A stretch of 64,000 bases of DNA from Balanoglossus misakiensis (GCA_040954595.2 CM082592.2:5818308-5882307), one strand, 5' to 3'; positions 13,501-27,700 are shown, numbered from the stretch's first letter. Notes: generated from the sequence alone by a model not told the origin. Numbers and translations are program-made.

Positions 13501-15468
13501 CATCCATTCGCTTGGTTGATGGGGCGGCCACCGGCAGTGATTATCAGGGAGCGTCCAGTAACCAAAATGGGTGGGTCAGAGGAGCTTTGAAAGTGTCTCT
13601 TTATCATTTGTACTACGTAGTTATTTTAACTTTCAAAAGTGAAGAAATTTAATGCAAGAATGATTTAATTTTGACGGACTGCATAATGCGGCCTTTTACT
13701 ATTCCTATGAAAAGTTTTCGCATGTACAGGAATCTTGAAACAGGGACAGAGAACGGAACATCTATTTACGACGAATCAATGACAAGCAACTCAGAAGAGT
13801 GTGAAATTTCGCTTGTCGAACGGCAATCTATTTCACTACTTTGTGAGAGCTGCACGAAAGAGCGACGTAAGTGAGATGACGGATTGAGCGGAGCTGAAGT
13901 AGGCCTACATATTTAAAGGTACTTTCACCGCCCTCGTTTGCGCAGTCGCACACTTCAAATATTTGGACAACTGCTTCACGAGAGATGTTTGAGCGCCCGT
14001 TCCGGCGCCAGGTTTACATTAACCGGGAAAACTGCGGCATCACCGCTGTCGAGTGTGGATTACGCAGTCGGTTTGCCCCCGTTCAGCGTTGCTTCGACAA
14101 GAATCACGAAGAAAAATAACAGAAAACTCAAACAAGAGTCGAAACGAGAGATCTGAAATAAAATATGCTCTATAATTCAATATGATCGTCATGTAAATTA
14201 TCTAATCATCGTTTGTCGGTTTGAAGCACGGAAATTTCATCCATTACAGGGGGAAATCCACCTACTTGTAAAATCAATCAATACTTGCTTCCTTGTCGGA
14301 ATTTCGCACAAAGTCAACGTCACTATGCCAGATTCGTTTGTTCGGGCTTACAATGCCCAAATGTCGCTAAGAAGTTCGCAGATATACTATTGAACGACTG
14401 TTTGCACGCTGAAATTGTTTGAAAAACTTACCATTTTGATGTTAGCGTAGCATCATTGAGCGAAATAAGCGCAGATTTCGTTTGCGAGAACGCTGATTCG
14501 AGTGAAATGCATAAGCTTGCGCTACCCCCAAATAAAGAACATACATGTATTGACAACCGAGCGGGGTCACAGTGGTAATCGATTGAAGTGAACATTTTCT
14601 CTTTAAATTAGGATAAAATTCCGAGTGAGAGGGGATAGTTGCCCCTAGAAGCTACTGCCTTGTTACTTTTTTTCAGTTGACAGGAAGAGAAAGAAAGTGT
14701 TTTCGCCGATCGAGTTTTACCAGTTAGGTGTGTCTTCGAACGTAATTTCTTAACTACAGAGGGCGTGCTTTTAGCAAATGCATGTACCAACTGCGGTATG
14801 ACGGTAACAAAAATACTGAAAACGTCGCGAAACATTACAGCTAATATAGCTTTACGGTACACATACCACCCAGTCAGTTAATTTACATCCAGGGGGGCGT
14901 TTGGATGATGTGTGATACAGCCACGCTGAAATTATCTTCCTTGTTCAAGTTGTAGTGACAATGATTTTGTATAAAGATGACCACTGCTGAGAAAGTTTCA
15001 ACGAACTGCTAAAAATCAACGAAATTGGTTAGATTACACTCTTTAGCAGATTTCCTTCCCATTACTAGCATTCTCAGTCACCAATCATTTATCACTCTAC
15101 CCTTTCTGTTCTCTCGAAAATGATACGACTACATGTGGACAATTTTCACGGCCAATTTCGGTTATGTTTTCTGCAACCAACGCTAATGCCTTTAGTACAT
15201 ACACTAGATATTGTGAACCCGAAGTGTCAGAAAGGCGTGAATGCAATCCTATTTAAATCAAAACTGCACTCACTCTCCTGGAAAATAAATACCAAAAGTC
15301 TCACCACTGGAGATGTATGTTAGTTCCCATCATCCTTTTGGTCCACAGATTTTCGCAGGCATTCTGCGCCCTCTGTGGGTGTACCGCGGAAAAGTGTTAA
15401 ATGTCGCAACAGAACTGAACGTACCCATTTACGGTAGCCTTGACGCACGCGCACTCAGGATCTGGGAT

Positions 15469-15612
15469 ATAAACAAGGTTGCCTTGGATACTCGGACAGA
15501 AGGTAAACTAGTAGAACACATCTTTATTTCATTCTTTTCCACCCTCGATAATATTTCTGAAATAACTTATACTACCCTGGAAAGTCTGGTGTCCCCTGCT
15601 GTCGCTAACAAC
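15469..15612 (+). promoter_or_regulatory. Motile-cilia promoter module: forkhead site plus RFX X-boxes upstream of CFAP251
   Basis: ATAAACAA (15469-15476) next to GTTGCCTTGGATAC (15478-15491); second X-box-like GTCGCTAACAAC (15601-15612). Confidence 0.6.
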
Positions 15613-15690
15613 GACAAACATATCCGATAATTTGCGTTTGCAGTGTTGACAGTGGTTTTAAATCGAGGGCATCGCTGAAGTTTTTCAGTC

Positions 15691-18600
15691 ATGGCTGACG
15701 AAGGTGATGTTGTCGACCAGCCTGCTCCAACAGGAGAATCTGATGCTCCTCCCGCGGAAGCCCCCGAGGGGCAGCCGGGGGAAGAACAGACGGCCACGGC
15801 GGAAGATCAGCAACAGGGAGAAGCGGCCGAAAAGACCACGGAAGGCGAACAAACGCAGGAGAATGAACAGGCACAGCAGAATGTGACTGAAGGCGGGGAA
15901 GGTGAAACCAAAGCTGATGAAGGGGAAAAGGCGGAGGAGGCGGCTGTCCCCGAAGGAGGGGAGGGAGAGGAGAGTAAAGAAAAGGAGGAGAAGGCGGAAG
16001 GTGTGCCGGTTGAAGAAGGTGAGAAAGCCGATGCGCCTGGGGGAGAAGAAAAACAAGAGCCAGCAGCGGAAGGTGCGAATGATGCGCCTGCTGAACAGAC
16101 TGAAGGGGAGGAGAAACCTGCAGAGCCCGCAGCGGAAGGCGAGACAGCCGACGCGGCAGAACCCGCTGAAGCTCCCGCAGCAGAAAGCAAAGAACCCGCT
16201 GAAGGTGGAGAGGTTGCCGATCAGCCACAGGGCGAGGCGGCCGAAGCAGAAGGGGCCACCGATCAGCCACAGGGTGAAGGTGCCGGTGAAGCGAGCCAAG
16301 AACCGGAAACAGCCGCGGAAGGTGGGGCTGCAGATCAACCGCAGGAAGAAACTGCCGCTGCCCCGAGTGGGGAGCCAGCTGCAGAAACAGCCCCCGAGAC
16401 GACCGAACCTGCGCCCGAACCGACAGAAGAAACCACGGAACCCGCACCGGGCGAGATGACCAGAGAATCGACGAAAGAACAACTGACTCCCGCAGCCGAC
16501 GCAGATGCCCAGGATGAAGTTGGCTTCTCGGGACCCACCACCACACCGGCCGTGCCACTAGAGCAGGATGTCACAGCGGACGAGATGCCAGAGGCAGAGG
16601 CGGAGTCGCCCGTGAAAAGCGCCGAGAGGCCAGAACCTCCTCCCATGTCAGAAGATGCATGGTCCGTCAAGTCTGAGGAGCCAGGCCCAAATGCACTGGT
16701 ATGTATTGATACAAAAAGTAAACTTTTTCATTTCACTTTCAGTGACAAATGTAAGGAACAAGACATCACTACTGTTCAGTGTTGTCCTTACATTTTTTTC
16801 CAACCTGATCGATGGACAGTCTGAATCTAGTCAGTATCAATGCAAAATACAAGTATTCCATTTCTGAAATACACATAATTTCACATAGTGACTCCCACCA
16901 TTACAATTATTTGTATTTCATGACGACTTACTTAAACATTTAGTTTTATTTTTCTCGCTCTCTTTCTTCAGAATTTGGTTTGGTCATTCGGTGTCAACAG
17001 AAATGTCAAAGTAATCAACCTGACTGATGGCCAGAGGAAAGCAGTGCTCTACACGTGTGCGCACACCGCTGTGATATACGACTACGAAAACAACAGTCAG
17101 AAACTCCTACGGGGTCATGTAAGAACATAAGTTATCTCTAGTTTTCTTTTGAATGAAATATTCGAGTTTCACTGTGAAAAACACAGATCACCGGATGTTC
17201 TACACAGTAAATTCACACATTGATTTCTTCCTTCCAGTGCAACAATATATCGTGTACATGCGTGAGTGAGGACAAACGATGGATCGCTACTGCAGACAAG
17301 GGCCCCGGTAGCTGTGTCATCATATGGGATTCCTACACAGGGTAGGTTGATTTAACATTGTTTATGTTTTACATCATCAGACATGTATAGTGATTTGAGA
17401 TTATCTACAGTGGATCTGCCAGGTCTTGGTTCATGGGTGGCAATTGCATACACACATGATGAGATTGTCATTCAAATCAAGTCAAAGCAAATTTAAAAAT
17501 CACAAATATGATTGAAGTTTACCTGATGTATTCATTAACTACAGGATACCAGTCCAGACGCTGTTCGATGCACATCCTGACGGCGGCGTGGCTGGGATGA
17601 CCATGACAGCTGATGCCAAATACCTGGCAACCCTCAGTGCCAATCCTCAGAAGGTAACCTTTGACCTGACCTGACCTGACCTGACCTCAACCTTTCACCT
17701 CATACACCTTGCCCAGTGACAGATTTGTGCAAAAATTGACGTCAAGATGGACATAGGCGTAACACTTGACAATTTTACAAAATTAATGTAATTCGGTGAT
17801 ACCTACCGTACATCTAAAATGATTCTTTCTTTCCCCTGTAGCAAACTTTTGCAATCTGGGACTGGACAACTGACAGTGAAGTTCCGCTGTCCACAGCCGG
17901 ACTGGCAGAGAGCTATGGATTACAGACGTACGTTATGTTTAACCCCGAGGACATCACTCAGATCGTGACGAACAGCGACTGTCAAGTTATTTTCTACTCG
18001 TGGGTGAGTTTGAGTGATTTTTACAAGTTTCCAAATAGGTCAAATCACAAAATTCATTGTATTTTATTGCTCACTGAGCGTAACCTACAGTATTTGTGAC
18101 CACAACTTGCAGATAACATCTAAAATTTGATTTTAAAAAAATTTCCCCATCAGATTTCATAGAACTGGCAGCAGCACATGATTGGCAATGTACTTGTATA
18201 AAACTATATAGTTCTTGAAAGAATGAAATTTGTTTTTCTCGCAAATTGTAGACGAATGGAAAACTGGAGTATTTTGCACCACCGCTGACAGACCAAGATT
18301 TCAACAGAGCTGTTGGCAACTACAGCCAGTCGATCTTTGTCAGCGGAACCACCAAGGCGTACACGGCCACCTCGGCTGGCAACATCGTAGTGTGGGACAA
18401 CAACAGACCCGTGTCAGGACGTGAGTGACCATACATGTGTACTGTTACTGTGTCTGTCTGGTTTTCGCTTTGGCTCGTAATAAGAGCTGATGTGAGGCAC
18501 TTTCATAAGGGTGTTTCTGATTGGTTTATTCCTTTGTCAGCTCACTCTTCAAAATGGATACACGACAGAAGCATGAATGAGAACAGACCTCAGTTTCTTT

Positions 18601-21600
18601 ACATTGACCCCACATTTTAGCAGAATCCCGTAGGGTTTTTTTGGCACTAGGGTGAATTTTTAACATTTTACTCTGTGCATTTGCTTTTCTACATCCAGCA
18701 CCAAGTCTTGACCCGTCACCAAACAAGAAAGCCTTCAAACTGGTCCGTCTTCAGGAGAGAGGAATATCTGTACTGACCACCACTGAAAAGTAAGAGTCAA
18801 CAGTTTCTGATTTCCAAAATCGCATCAGAAAATTTCATTTGAATCTTGTTATAGGTTTCTGTCCCAAACTGTTTGTTTTATATTAGATCTAGGCAAAAGA
18901 AAACATAAAAATTCCTGAATGATGATTAGGACTGTAGGAGAGGTATGCAAATACATCATTGCCATGTGACAACCACCGACCAATCAGATGCGTTTTTAAT
19001 CCATCTATGCATTGTTTCTCTTGCAGCTATGTTGTAACGGGCGATGTGCTTGGTCATGTCAAGTTCTACGACTGGCATCTGCGCATGTCAAACTGGTACA
19101 GTGACCTGGATGTTGGACCCATCAATTCATTGTCTTTTGAATACATTCCAGACCTCTCACAGAGGCTGTAAGTACATGTAGTTCAATTGCTCTGTTTCTG
19201 GTATGTGTCCCTGCATTCACTTCTATAAAAAAAACTCTGAATAAAAGAGGAGAAATCTTTACAAAACTGACGTAATATAACAGGATCTGTTGTTTTTTAC
19301 ACAACCTTATTTTATTTCGACAGCGCTGGCGACACTGATAATTATCCCCCAGACGCCACCATCGTGGCAAACCCGTTTGTGACGCGAGATTACGTCATCG
19401 GTACGTCAACAGCTCTCATTGCTCATGTCATTGCTGACGGAACACAAGTCAAGGTATTTATCAAGTGTGTTTTCCCTAAATATCGCTCCCCCCCCCCCTC
19501 CTTAGTAAGAAATGCTGATACCTGTCTTGGTACAGCTGCAGACAATTTCCTATCACAGAAATGTTCTTCAACGAATATGATGAAAAATTTGATAATCAGA
19601 TATAGTGCCCTCTATTAGTGGGACTTATATTTCTTTTCTTTTTTTAACGCTAACCAATTTTGATAGAGAGCCAGTTGAAGATCAGGATCTGTTGTTTGGA
19701 AATGTTACCAATATCACCACTCACTCATGCCAAAGGAAATTCGTTTTTTTTTTTTCTACATTATGTTATTTTGACGATCTATATCGTTTCTGCAGCTAAT
19801 TCATCGGGAGCATGATGCAGCAGTCCATGCTGTTGCCGCCCATCCCTCAGAACCATTCCTGTGTGTCGGCAGTTATGCAGGCTATCTCAAAGTGTGGAAC
19901 TACAGATCAAAGTAAGTTACATGCTTACATCCATCATTTCTCAGTCCACATCCTGCCTTCTCCACTTGCTCTTGTTGACAAAAAAAATGCTGTATAGTTT
20001 TTATCAATGTATGTGTTTATGAATTCTGATTTGTTTTCCTGTTTTTTTACCCCCTTTCAGGAAAGTTGTTGCTTCCAGAGTATTTCCACGAGGCTCGCAC
20101 ATCAGATGTGTGGCGTACGATCCAAAAGGTGTTTACCTTGGTGAGTGGACAGGACCATAACCATATCTCTGCCACTTTGGGATTGAATTGTTAATTTGAA
20201 GTTACAAGCAGCATAGATGGTATAAAGCAGGGAGATTCACACCAAGTTTGAAAATCCAATTTTTCATAAAATCGTTAATCGTCTTTGTATTTCCTTTCGC
20301 CTTTCTGTCTACAGCTCTGGGTTTCACGAATGGCTGCGTCCGCGTTGTGGATGCCCTGACGCTGGAAGACGAGTGCGCCGAGCCTTTCCGCTTCTCCCGA
20401 GACGCCATCACCTTCTGCGCCTTCTCCCACGACTCCCTGTGGCTGGCCACCGCGGTGAGTTGTTCATTCATGGCAGTGAAGGGGGTGTTACAATGACCAC
20501 CAGCATTTGGGGGGGGGGGGGGGTAAAAGCTAATACACATAATGACATTAAGGTCAAGTTTCATCAACCTTGTCCCCAGACAGTACATCTGTCATGAAAG
20601 AAACCAAATAGTTTTAAGCACAGTGTTAATTACATCAGCTAGGTATTTGTAAAACATGCTACTGCATTGACTTTTGTTCAGAATCATTTATCTAATAAAT
20701 GGAGTCGCAGTGAAAAAAATGATGTGTATCCTTGCTTGCAGGATGCGGACTATTGCGTCACAGTCTACAAGGCGCAACCGCACAGCGTGGAGGAGCCCTG
20801 GATCTACCTGGGGAAACAGAGGGCCCACTACAAGCCCATCCGGGGCGTCATGTTCGGACTGACGCTCGACTCGGACCTGCCTCGGCTGCTTTCAGTGGGC
20901 GAAGACAGAACACTGGTAAGATTTTTTTGTAACCCTTTCACCCCCAGTTCACTCTTATAGAGGTCCAACTTTACCATAGAAAACAATGGGTTTGGAATGA
21001 ACCATGTTGGTGAAAGGGTTAAAAGAAGCTCTCTGTAAGCAATCAAGGTTTCTAAAGTTTTGGTTATAGTTACATGTATATCTCATGAATGTAACAGTGA
21101 GAAAAACGCTGTCAAAAATTCCACCCCTTGCATTTCAAGAATAGGATCTTAACACAGAAACAGGTAGAAACAATGACAATGTATAAAGATTGCATATGTG
21201 GTTGAAACCCAGTTACACAACAATTTCCTGCACTGCTTGGTTTAAAGAAAGACATTTACAAGTTTCTGACTCTGGTGTTTCTCGACAGGTCGAGTACGAT
21301 CTCTTCAACAGCACCACAGACGACCTGCGGCTGATCAGCACAGACAGGATAGAACAGAGCGCCGTCCCACAATGCTTTGGCTGGTATCCGCCCATCACGA
21401 AAGAGAACTTCCTGTTACTGGCCAACGACCAGTACAAGTTCAAGTTGTATAACTCCACCACCAAGATGTGCAGAAAGACTGTGTTAGGTCCAACTTACGG
21501 CTCACCTCTGCAAAGGTTAGATTTCACCATGTGCGATTACACAACCTATCAGAACTGACCTTTGCCCTTTTGACTGAGGTCAAAGTTGACCGAGGGAAAA

Positions 21601-23690
21601 TTGTTTTGAAAAATCTCAGAGGCATTGCAAATTTTCTGTGTATTTTGCAAGCAATAAAAGTATGTGCTGTAGATGGATATAACATTCTTCTTTCTCCTCA
21701 ACCGTACAGGTTAGAAGTGGTGCCAACACTAGACGCGGTTGATGGAAAGCGCTATTTGGCGTACATCACAAACGACAAAGTTGGAATCCACATCATGCCG
21801 TTGGATGGAAACCCCCACAATGCAATGGCCCTCATTGCACATCCTGGGAAGGTCAGTTCGAATTTTGACACAAAATACAGACTTGTGTCTTCTGATCTTA
21901 TAAAAATTTGAGTTGGTGATTTTAAAGCACTGTATGGTATGATTGAAGCCAAGGACCGTGGTCTGACATGTTGGTGTTTTCTTGTCTCCAATTAGGTGGT
22001 GAATCTGGCTTGTAGTTTCGATGGGAAGTACATCTTCACTGCTGGTGGTTCCGATGCGTCAGTGCACGTGTGGAAAGTCAATACAGAGTAAGTAATACGG
22101 TAGCATTACTGAACGTAGTCTACATGTGTGCATACCACCACAGTGACAGGGGCACATCAGGAGGACAGTGGACAGATCCTGATATTGACAGACTTCTCAC
22201 TGCTTTCCGTTTGATTTCCAGAGTGCTCGAAGCCGGTGCTAAACTGGGAGGGGAAGACTTAATTCCATTCTACGGCCTCCTCGAAGGCGGCAGGGAAGGC
22301 GAACTGTTTGCAGAACTGGAAGACTACTTTTATTATGCGCAGATTAGGAGGTAGGTTTTGCCCGGAGTTTGCTGCCCTTAGCACCATCTCTCCAATGCTG
22401 TCTCCCCTGTTTTCTGCAAAGTGGTTGAACCTGACCACTGAAGTATACACATACAGCGGTGTGAGTTCTTACAAAATGGGTCAACAACTACAAATGTGTA
22501 ACAGCTTCATTTTCTTTGCAGTCAAGGTGTTGATACGATGGACACCCGCAAGATCTCGGAGAGGATTCAGTTGTCAGAAGTGCCGTTTGTGATGCGAGCG
22601 CTGGGCTTCTATCCGTCCGAGCAGGAAATCGAAGACATGCTGAACGAGGTGAAGTTCAGCAACTATGTGGACACTGGGAAATACGTCAACGACATCGATC
22701 TCGGCGATTTCATCAAATGTGAGTGTCAAACACTGGGTTTCTTCCAAGTAGAACATTCAATATATATTCTCTTCATATGTCCCTGTTATGAAATTAGCTA
22801 TGTGCTTAACATAATATGTGCCTCGAAAATCAAAGATTCACAGTCTACATTTGTACCTCAATCTTTCTGTTGAATTTGAAACATGTTTTGTGACCAGAGG
22901 GGTTTTTTAATGACACAATACAGTATGCGCTCAATCCACATCCACATCAGGACTGCACCAACAAACGCAACCAATACCCTATTAGTCCCGTATATGCTGT
23001 ACTTGCACCTTGCACTCACTGGGCCCACGATTGTTGTCTTTCAGTGTACGTGAACCACAGACCCGCATTCGGCCTCTCCATCACTCAACTGGAGAGGGCA
23101 TTTGAGTTGCTGGGAATGGATGATGGCGGCGGCCTCCCATCAATTGAGAGAGGAGAGCTTCTAGACTTGTTGCAGAGCAAAGGTTAGTTTCCATTTAGAA
23201 GAACACATGACGATCTCCTTTTGTGTGATCAAAGTGCGTTTCTCTGTGCTGGCAGACACGACCATAAAGAAATTTTTCAAGAAAAAGCAATTTGACGGAA
23301 AAACCTAATTATAAAGTTTGCCATGGAATATAAAATGTTTGGCTCCTGTTGACAATTGTGAATAGCTTTTACTATCACTTGACGCACCCCCTCCCCCACT
23401 TTGCATCTTCTACAGGTGAACACATGACAGAGAACGAACTGGCTGAATACCTCACCACTCTGCTGGGCTTCAACCCGGAGGGAGGCAGCTCGGAGCTCGG
23501 CATGTACGACCCGTCGAGCTGCGGCGACATCATCGACGAGAACCTCCCGGAGAACATCACATCGGAGATGTTTGCGAACGAGGTGCTGGGACTGGGGATC
23601 GTGGCGCCGGAGAGTGTCGCGGAAGGAACACCGCCCCCACAGAGCCCGGGGGGTCAGCATTCGGCAGCGCAAATTATGGCTGTTCCATGA
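15691..23690 (+). CDS. CFAP251: Cilia- and flagella-associated protein 251 (WDR66): acidic N-terminal tail, WD40 repeats, C-terminal EF-hand-like region; 20 exons
   Basis: Phase-consistent GT-AG exon chain: 15691-16698, 16972-17118, 17238-17341, 17545-17653, 17842-18003, 18252-18420, 18699-18789, 19027-19167, 19324-19453, 19796-19911, 20061-20140, 20315-20454, 20742-20915, 21289-21515, 21710-21851, 21996-22087, 22222-22350, 22522-22718, 23045-23182, 23416-23690. Recognised motifs: [104 protein letters not shown]. Confidence 0.93.
20933..21018. mobile_element. Tiny piggyBac-type MITE in CFAP251 intron 13
   Basis: Termini CCCTTTCACC...GGTGAAAGGG flanked by GTAA/TTAA; related copy at 54578-54657. 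Confidence 0.65.
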
Positions 23691-24748
23691 ACACACCAGC
23701 TATAGTGCATGTGGAATGATTCACATATTTATTGAATTTACTTTGGTCCTGAAAATCAACAACCAGACACTGTATATTGCAACCAATTTGACGTGCATAA
23801 CAGAATTAGTCACGGGAAAGAAATCGAACCAAGAAAATAATTCAACAATTGCATATAATTTCAAGCTTTTATTTGTTTTCAATTTACACAGCAGTCAAAA
23901 TAAAATGTATAAATATCAATATCATGTAGTCATATATAAAAAATACTAAAACTTGTTCAGTTTTTAAAGCTGGTGTGTGTTTTCCCCTGAATTTGAGATA
24001 AACACAAAGCTGTACATACCGGGGTGCCATTGTTTGCACTTTTTCCTGTATCATGATTGTGTTGTGTACAATTTCCTTGTAAATAAACTGATGCCATTTT
24101 TTGTACAACGTAATTATCTTGTGCGTTTCGGTTTGTTTCTGTGAATACCAATTCAGCCACTTCCTGTAAAAATTCTGTAAATGTACTCTGCACTTGAAAG
24201 TTGTGGAATGATTTTGTCAAAAAGAGAATTTTTCACATTACTGCCTTATGAAATATTCTTCAAAATTATCATATATTAAGTCTTTTTCAGCACACATGAA
24301 ATATGAAAATAGAAATACTTTATATTCAAAGTTTTTCGTAAATTTTTGTACAATTTCTTCGCTATATTTCATGATCATATTTGATTACAAACTACACTGA
24401 AGTAAAGTTTCTCTGATTTCAATAGACCACTTTGCATATATTAAGTGAGTTTACCACTCTGATCTTCATGATTTTGACTTTTAAAAACATTTCCATACAG
24501 TGAATGTTGCTGGTCACCTGCTGTTGGTCACCAGGACCTATGTAAAATGCCTTAGCTATTTTCATGGGAGGAAAAAAAGGAAACTGGCAGTGGCTTCATA
24601 CACAGTCTGCCTTCAATGCTCAGAGAGAACCTCAACCTTTGAGCAGATGGCTATTTCTTGAAATAAGCACACAGGCACAAAAATGCATGTTTTCCTTGAA
24701 AATGTGACGGATTTCATCATGTGATCAAAAAGCAGCGATCTGATTGGT

Positions 24749-27700
24749 TCAGTCGCCCTCGGCTCCCTTGCAATCAGCTGACACTTCTTGAAATGTACAC
24801 AGCTGCACGTCGTTCGTCCGAAAGAACTGCCGCAGTTTCTCGGTCTTCAGCACGTCCATTTCGTGCACCCGGTCTGCGGAGCAGGCAAACTCGTCCGGTC
24901 CCTGGCCACACCCGCCGACGTGTTTGACGCTCGGGTAGCCGGGATGGGTCATGAGTTCAAAGGTCAGGGTGCACCCCGCCTGCGAGGTCATCTCGGCCGT
25001 TTTGATCGATGCCGACACAGCCGACTGGATTCTCTCAACTGACATGTTGGCGCCCATGGTACTGATTCCTATGTACCCGTGGGGATGTCTGGAAAATAGA
25101 ATTCAGGGGGGCCCAAATAAAAACTCATCGTGTTTCCCTGCATTGTACAAATACTGCACGATTTTGTTTGATTCAATAACTTATTGTATTAATTGTTTCT
25201 CTGTCTGACTGCTCACTGAAACACACAGCTACCCTACTTGTCAACGTAGCTTGCTTGTATGTACACGTATATACCAATATAAGTAGACAGCGAGTACCAG
25301 TAAAACAAATTTTGTTGGAATCCAGAAATACACCCTATGTTTAACTATGCTGGTTGTGGCACAGCCTTTGTCCACGGAAAATGGGACTGAAGTGTTTCAA
25401 TGGGGGAGGGGGGGGGGGGCTGCGGGGGAGTAGCCAACAAACTATAGCTGACGCACACATCAAAGGACACTGACAACTAATCAGGAGATAAACTAAAGAC
25501 AAACACCTGGCAGTCGACCTATCAGACGTGAAACGGCCCGACAAATCTCCAAATTTAGACAAAAGATGCATATATCAGGGGAATATACCTTCCTTGCAAT
25601 CACCATCGTGTTAAAAAAAACAATGACTGACATTTCAAAAGAAACAAGCACATCCGGCAGGCGACCTATCAGAGATGAAAAGGTCTGGCAGTTTTTTGAA
25701 AACAAGCATATGGCAAATAGAGAGCGATGAAAAACCAACGCATTGTTGGATGATTGATAGCTGGTACAGAAGCAATAAATGCAGAATTTCGGCATATGGT
25801 TGAAACCATAGAATGTCACCATCAGTAAACTGTACGATGCACGCTTGGCAGGTATCACTGTAGTTATACCCAGGGAAAGCGCTTTTCACATGAGATTTGA
25901 GTTTTGATCAGAAACCATATGTTGTAGATAGTACCGTACATACACCATATTTCTACTTCGATAAGGGGCTCAACCCCATTTACAGTGAATATTTACAAAT
26001 GAGAATATGTTTTGTGAAGAGCCCGTCTTGAAAATCTTCATTATTCGTTCAGAAACTGTATATTTTATGCTAGTTCTTGGGGGCGTACATATAATAATAA
26101 TTATACAATACATTTTCTGTAATATTAAGTTCACACTCAAAAAGCAATCACTGCACAATAATTGGGATATACAATGTAATCACACTTGACAGAATATGAA
26201 AAATTCTCTGTACCTTATACCGTGCGAATACCATAGATTCTTTGCTTCCATCGCGTCCTCCTCGACTCCCTTGAAAAATGCCATGGATGCCTTGTCCAGC
26301 CAGAGGCACTTCTCGAGCCCGAACTCTACGGGCAGCCTGGTTACACACACTCCGTAGTCTTGAAGGACCTCGGCGAACACGTTTCTGATTCCTGAGAGAA
26401 CGTGGCAGTGCTGGTGCCCGTCCACATACAGAGGCATGTGACCGACCGCGTTCCGAAACCTGAGAATCTGCGCCCGGATCTCCATTCTCACCTGTGAGGA
26501 AAGTGCGACGTTTCTTTTATCAGAGTGTGGTCACATGATGGTCACATGACGGTCACATGGCAGACATGCGACAAAAATTGAAGTGCAAAATTTCAGAGTG
26601 AAAAGGCTTGTGTGATAGCACAACAAAGCAGAACTGTTGAATTCTGCAAGTTTGGTACATTGATTGTCTCTATATCATTGACTAAATTATTTGTTTTCAA
26701 GTGTATGTGCATACCTCTTCCATGTCTAAGTGTTCTTTCTTGAGAGCTTCCCGGAATGCAAATTTTCCATGGAAAAATCCATCGCTGCCCAGCAAAGTAG
26801 AGCTGCTTTTATTGATGAGCTCTTCACTGACAGCTGTGCCTTCCGTCAAATTCAAATGAAGCCCTGTAAACAAATGAAAGCATGGCATCAGTCATTTCGC
26901 ACCGTCTTCCTGGCATATAAACTCACAGATGCTAGTGGTGTAGTCATTTAATATATCCAGACGTTTTACTAGATCAAGGCACATTCCACTCAATTTTTAT
27001 CGATTTGGCTAATAAATAACCATTACATATAGGCTATGAGTTCCTCCATAATGAACATCCCCACAGGGGCCTATAACTCATGAACCACTACCTGCAGGGC
27101 CGAAAATGGATTTTGTTTGCTATATATTATATTCACACTTTTTATCTAGGGTTGGCATGGAAACAAACACCAGTCTCTCTAGCTCTGCACCTGCTCAGTC
27201 GGATTTACACTCTGTTGTTCATGAGTTTTAAAAAAAGCCTATGTAGTGAGAATATTTCAAGCTCTGCTCCAGGCATATATATATCACAGCAGAACTCACA
27301 AATTGTAATACATGTATTCAAATTTGTAACATATGAGTAACAATTGCTTTGGTAAAATTAACACAGCTAAAGCCGTTTTCATATTTCATTTGAACAAAAA
27401 AAAACGAAATTCATCTGGAAATTGTCATAACAACTACATGTACTGTCGATGTCGGTACATTACAAGCCTTAATTATCTATACGGCTTAATACCATCTCAG
27501 CCAGCTGATTAGCAACCAAATTAGCAACCACTGTGACTGTTACTAAAAAACAGTTTGAAATGTAAATGACTTGCTACATTTGGACATTAATTGTGACCTT
27601 CTCCCTTACAGAAGTGTCATCTGTTTATATTTACCTAACGGAAGATTATTCGCCTTGGCCAATTCCACCGCCTGGTTCGCGAAGACACCGTTGACCATGA

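Noticed and set aside
13912-14607. Possible TTAA-flanked (Kolobok-like) element
   Set aside because: Terminal inverted match too weak to support without a repeat library.
15685-16670. Long antisense and alternative-frame ORFs (265, 289, 185, 127, 111 aa)
   Set aside because: Shadows of the GC-rich, low-complexity CFAP251 exon 1; no domain-like content.
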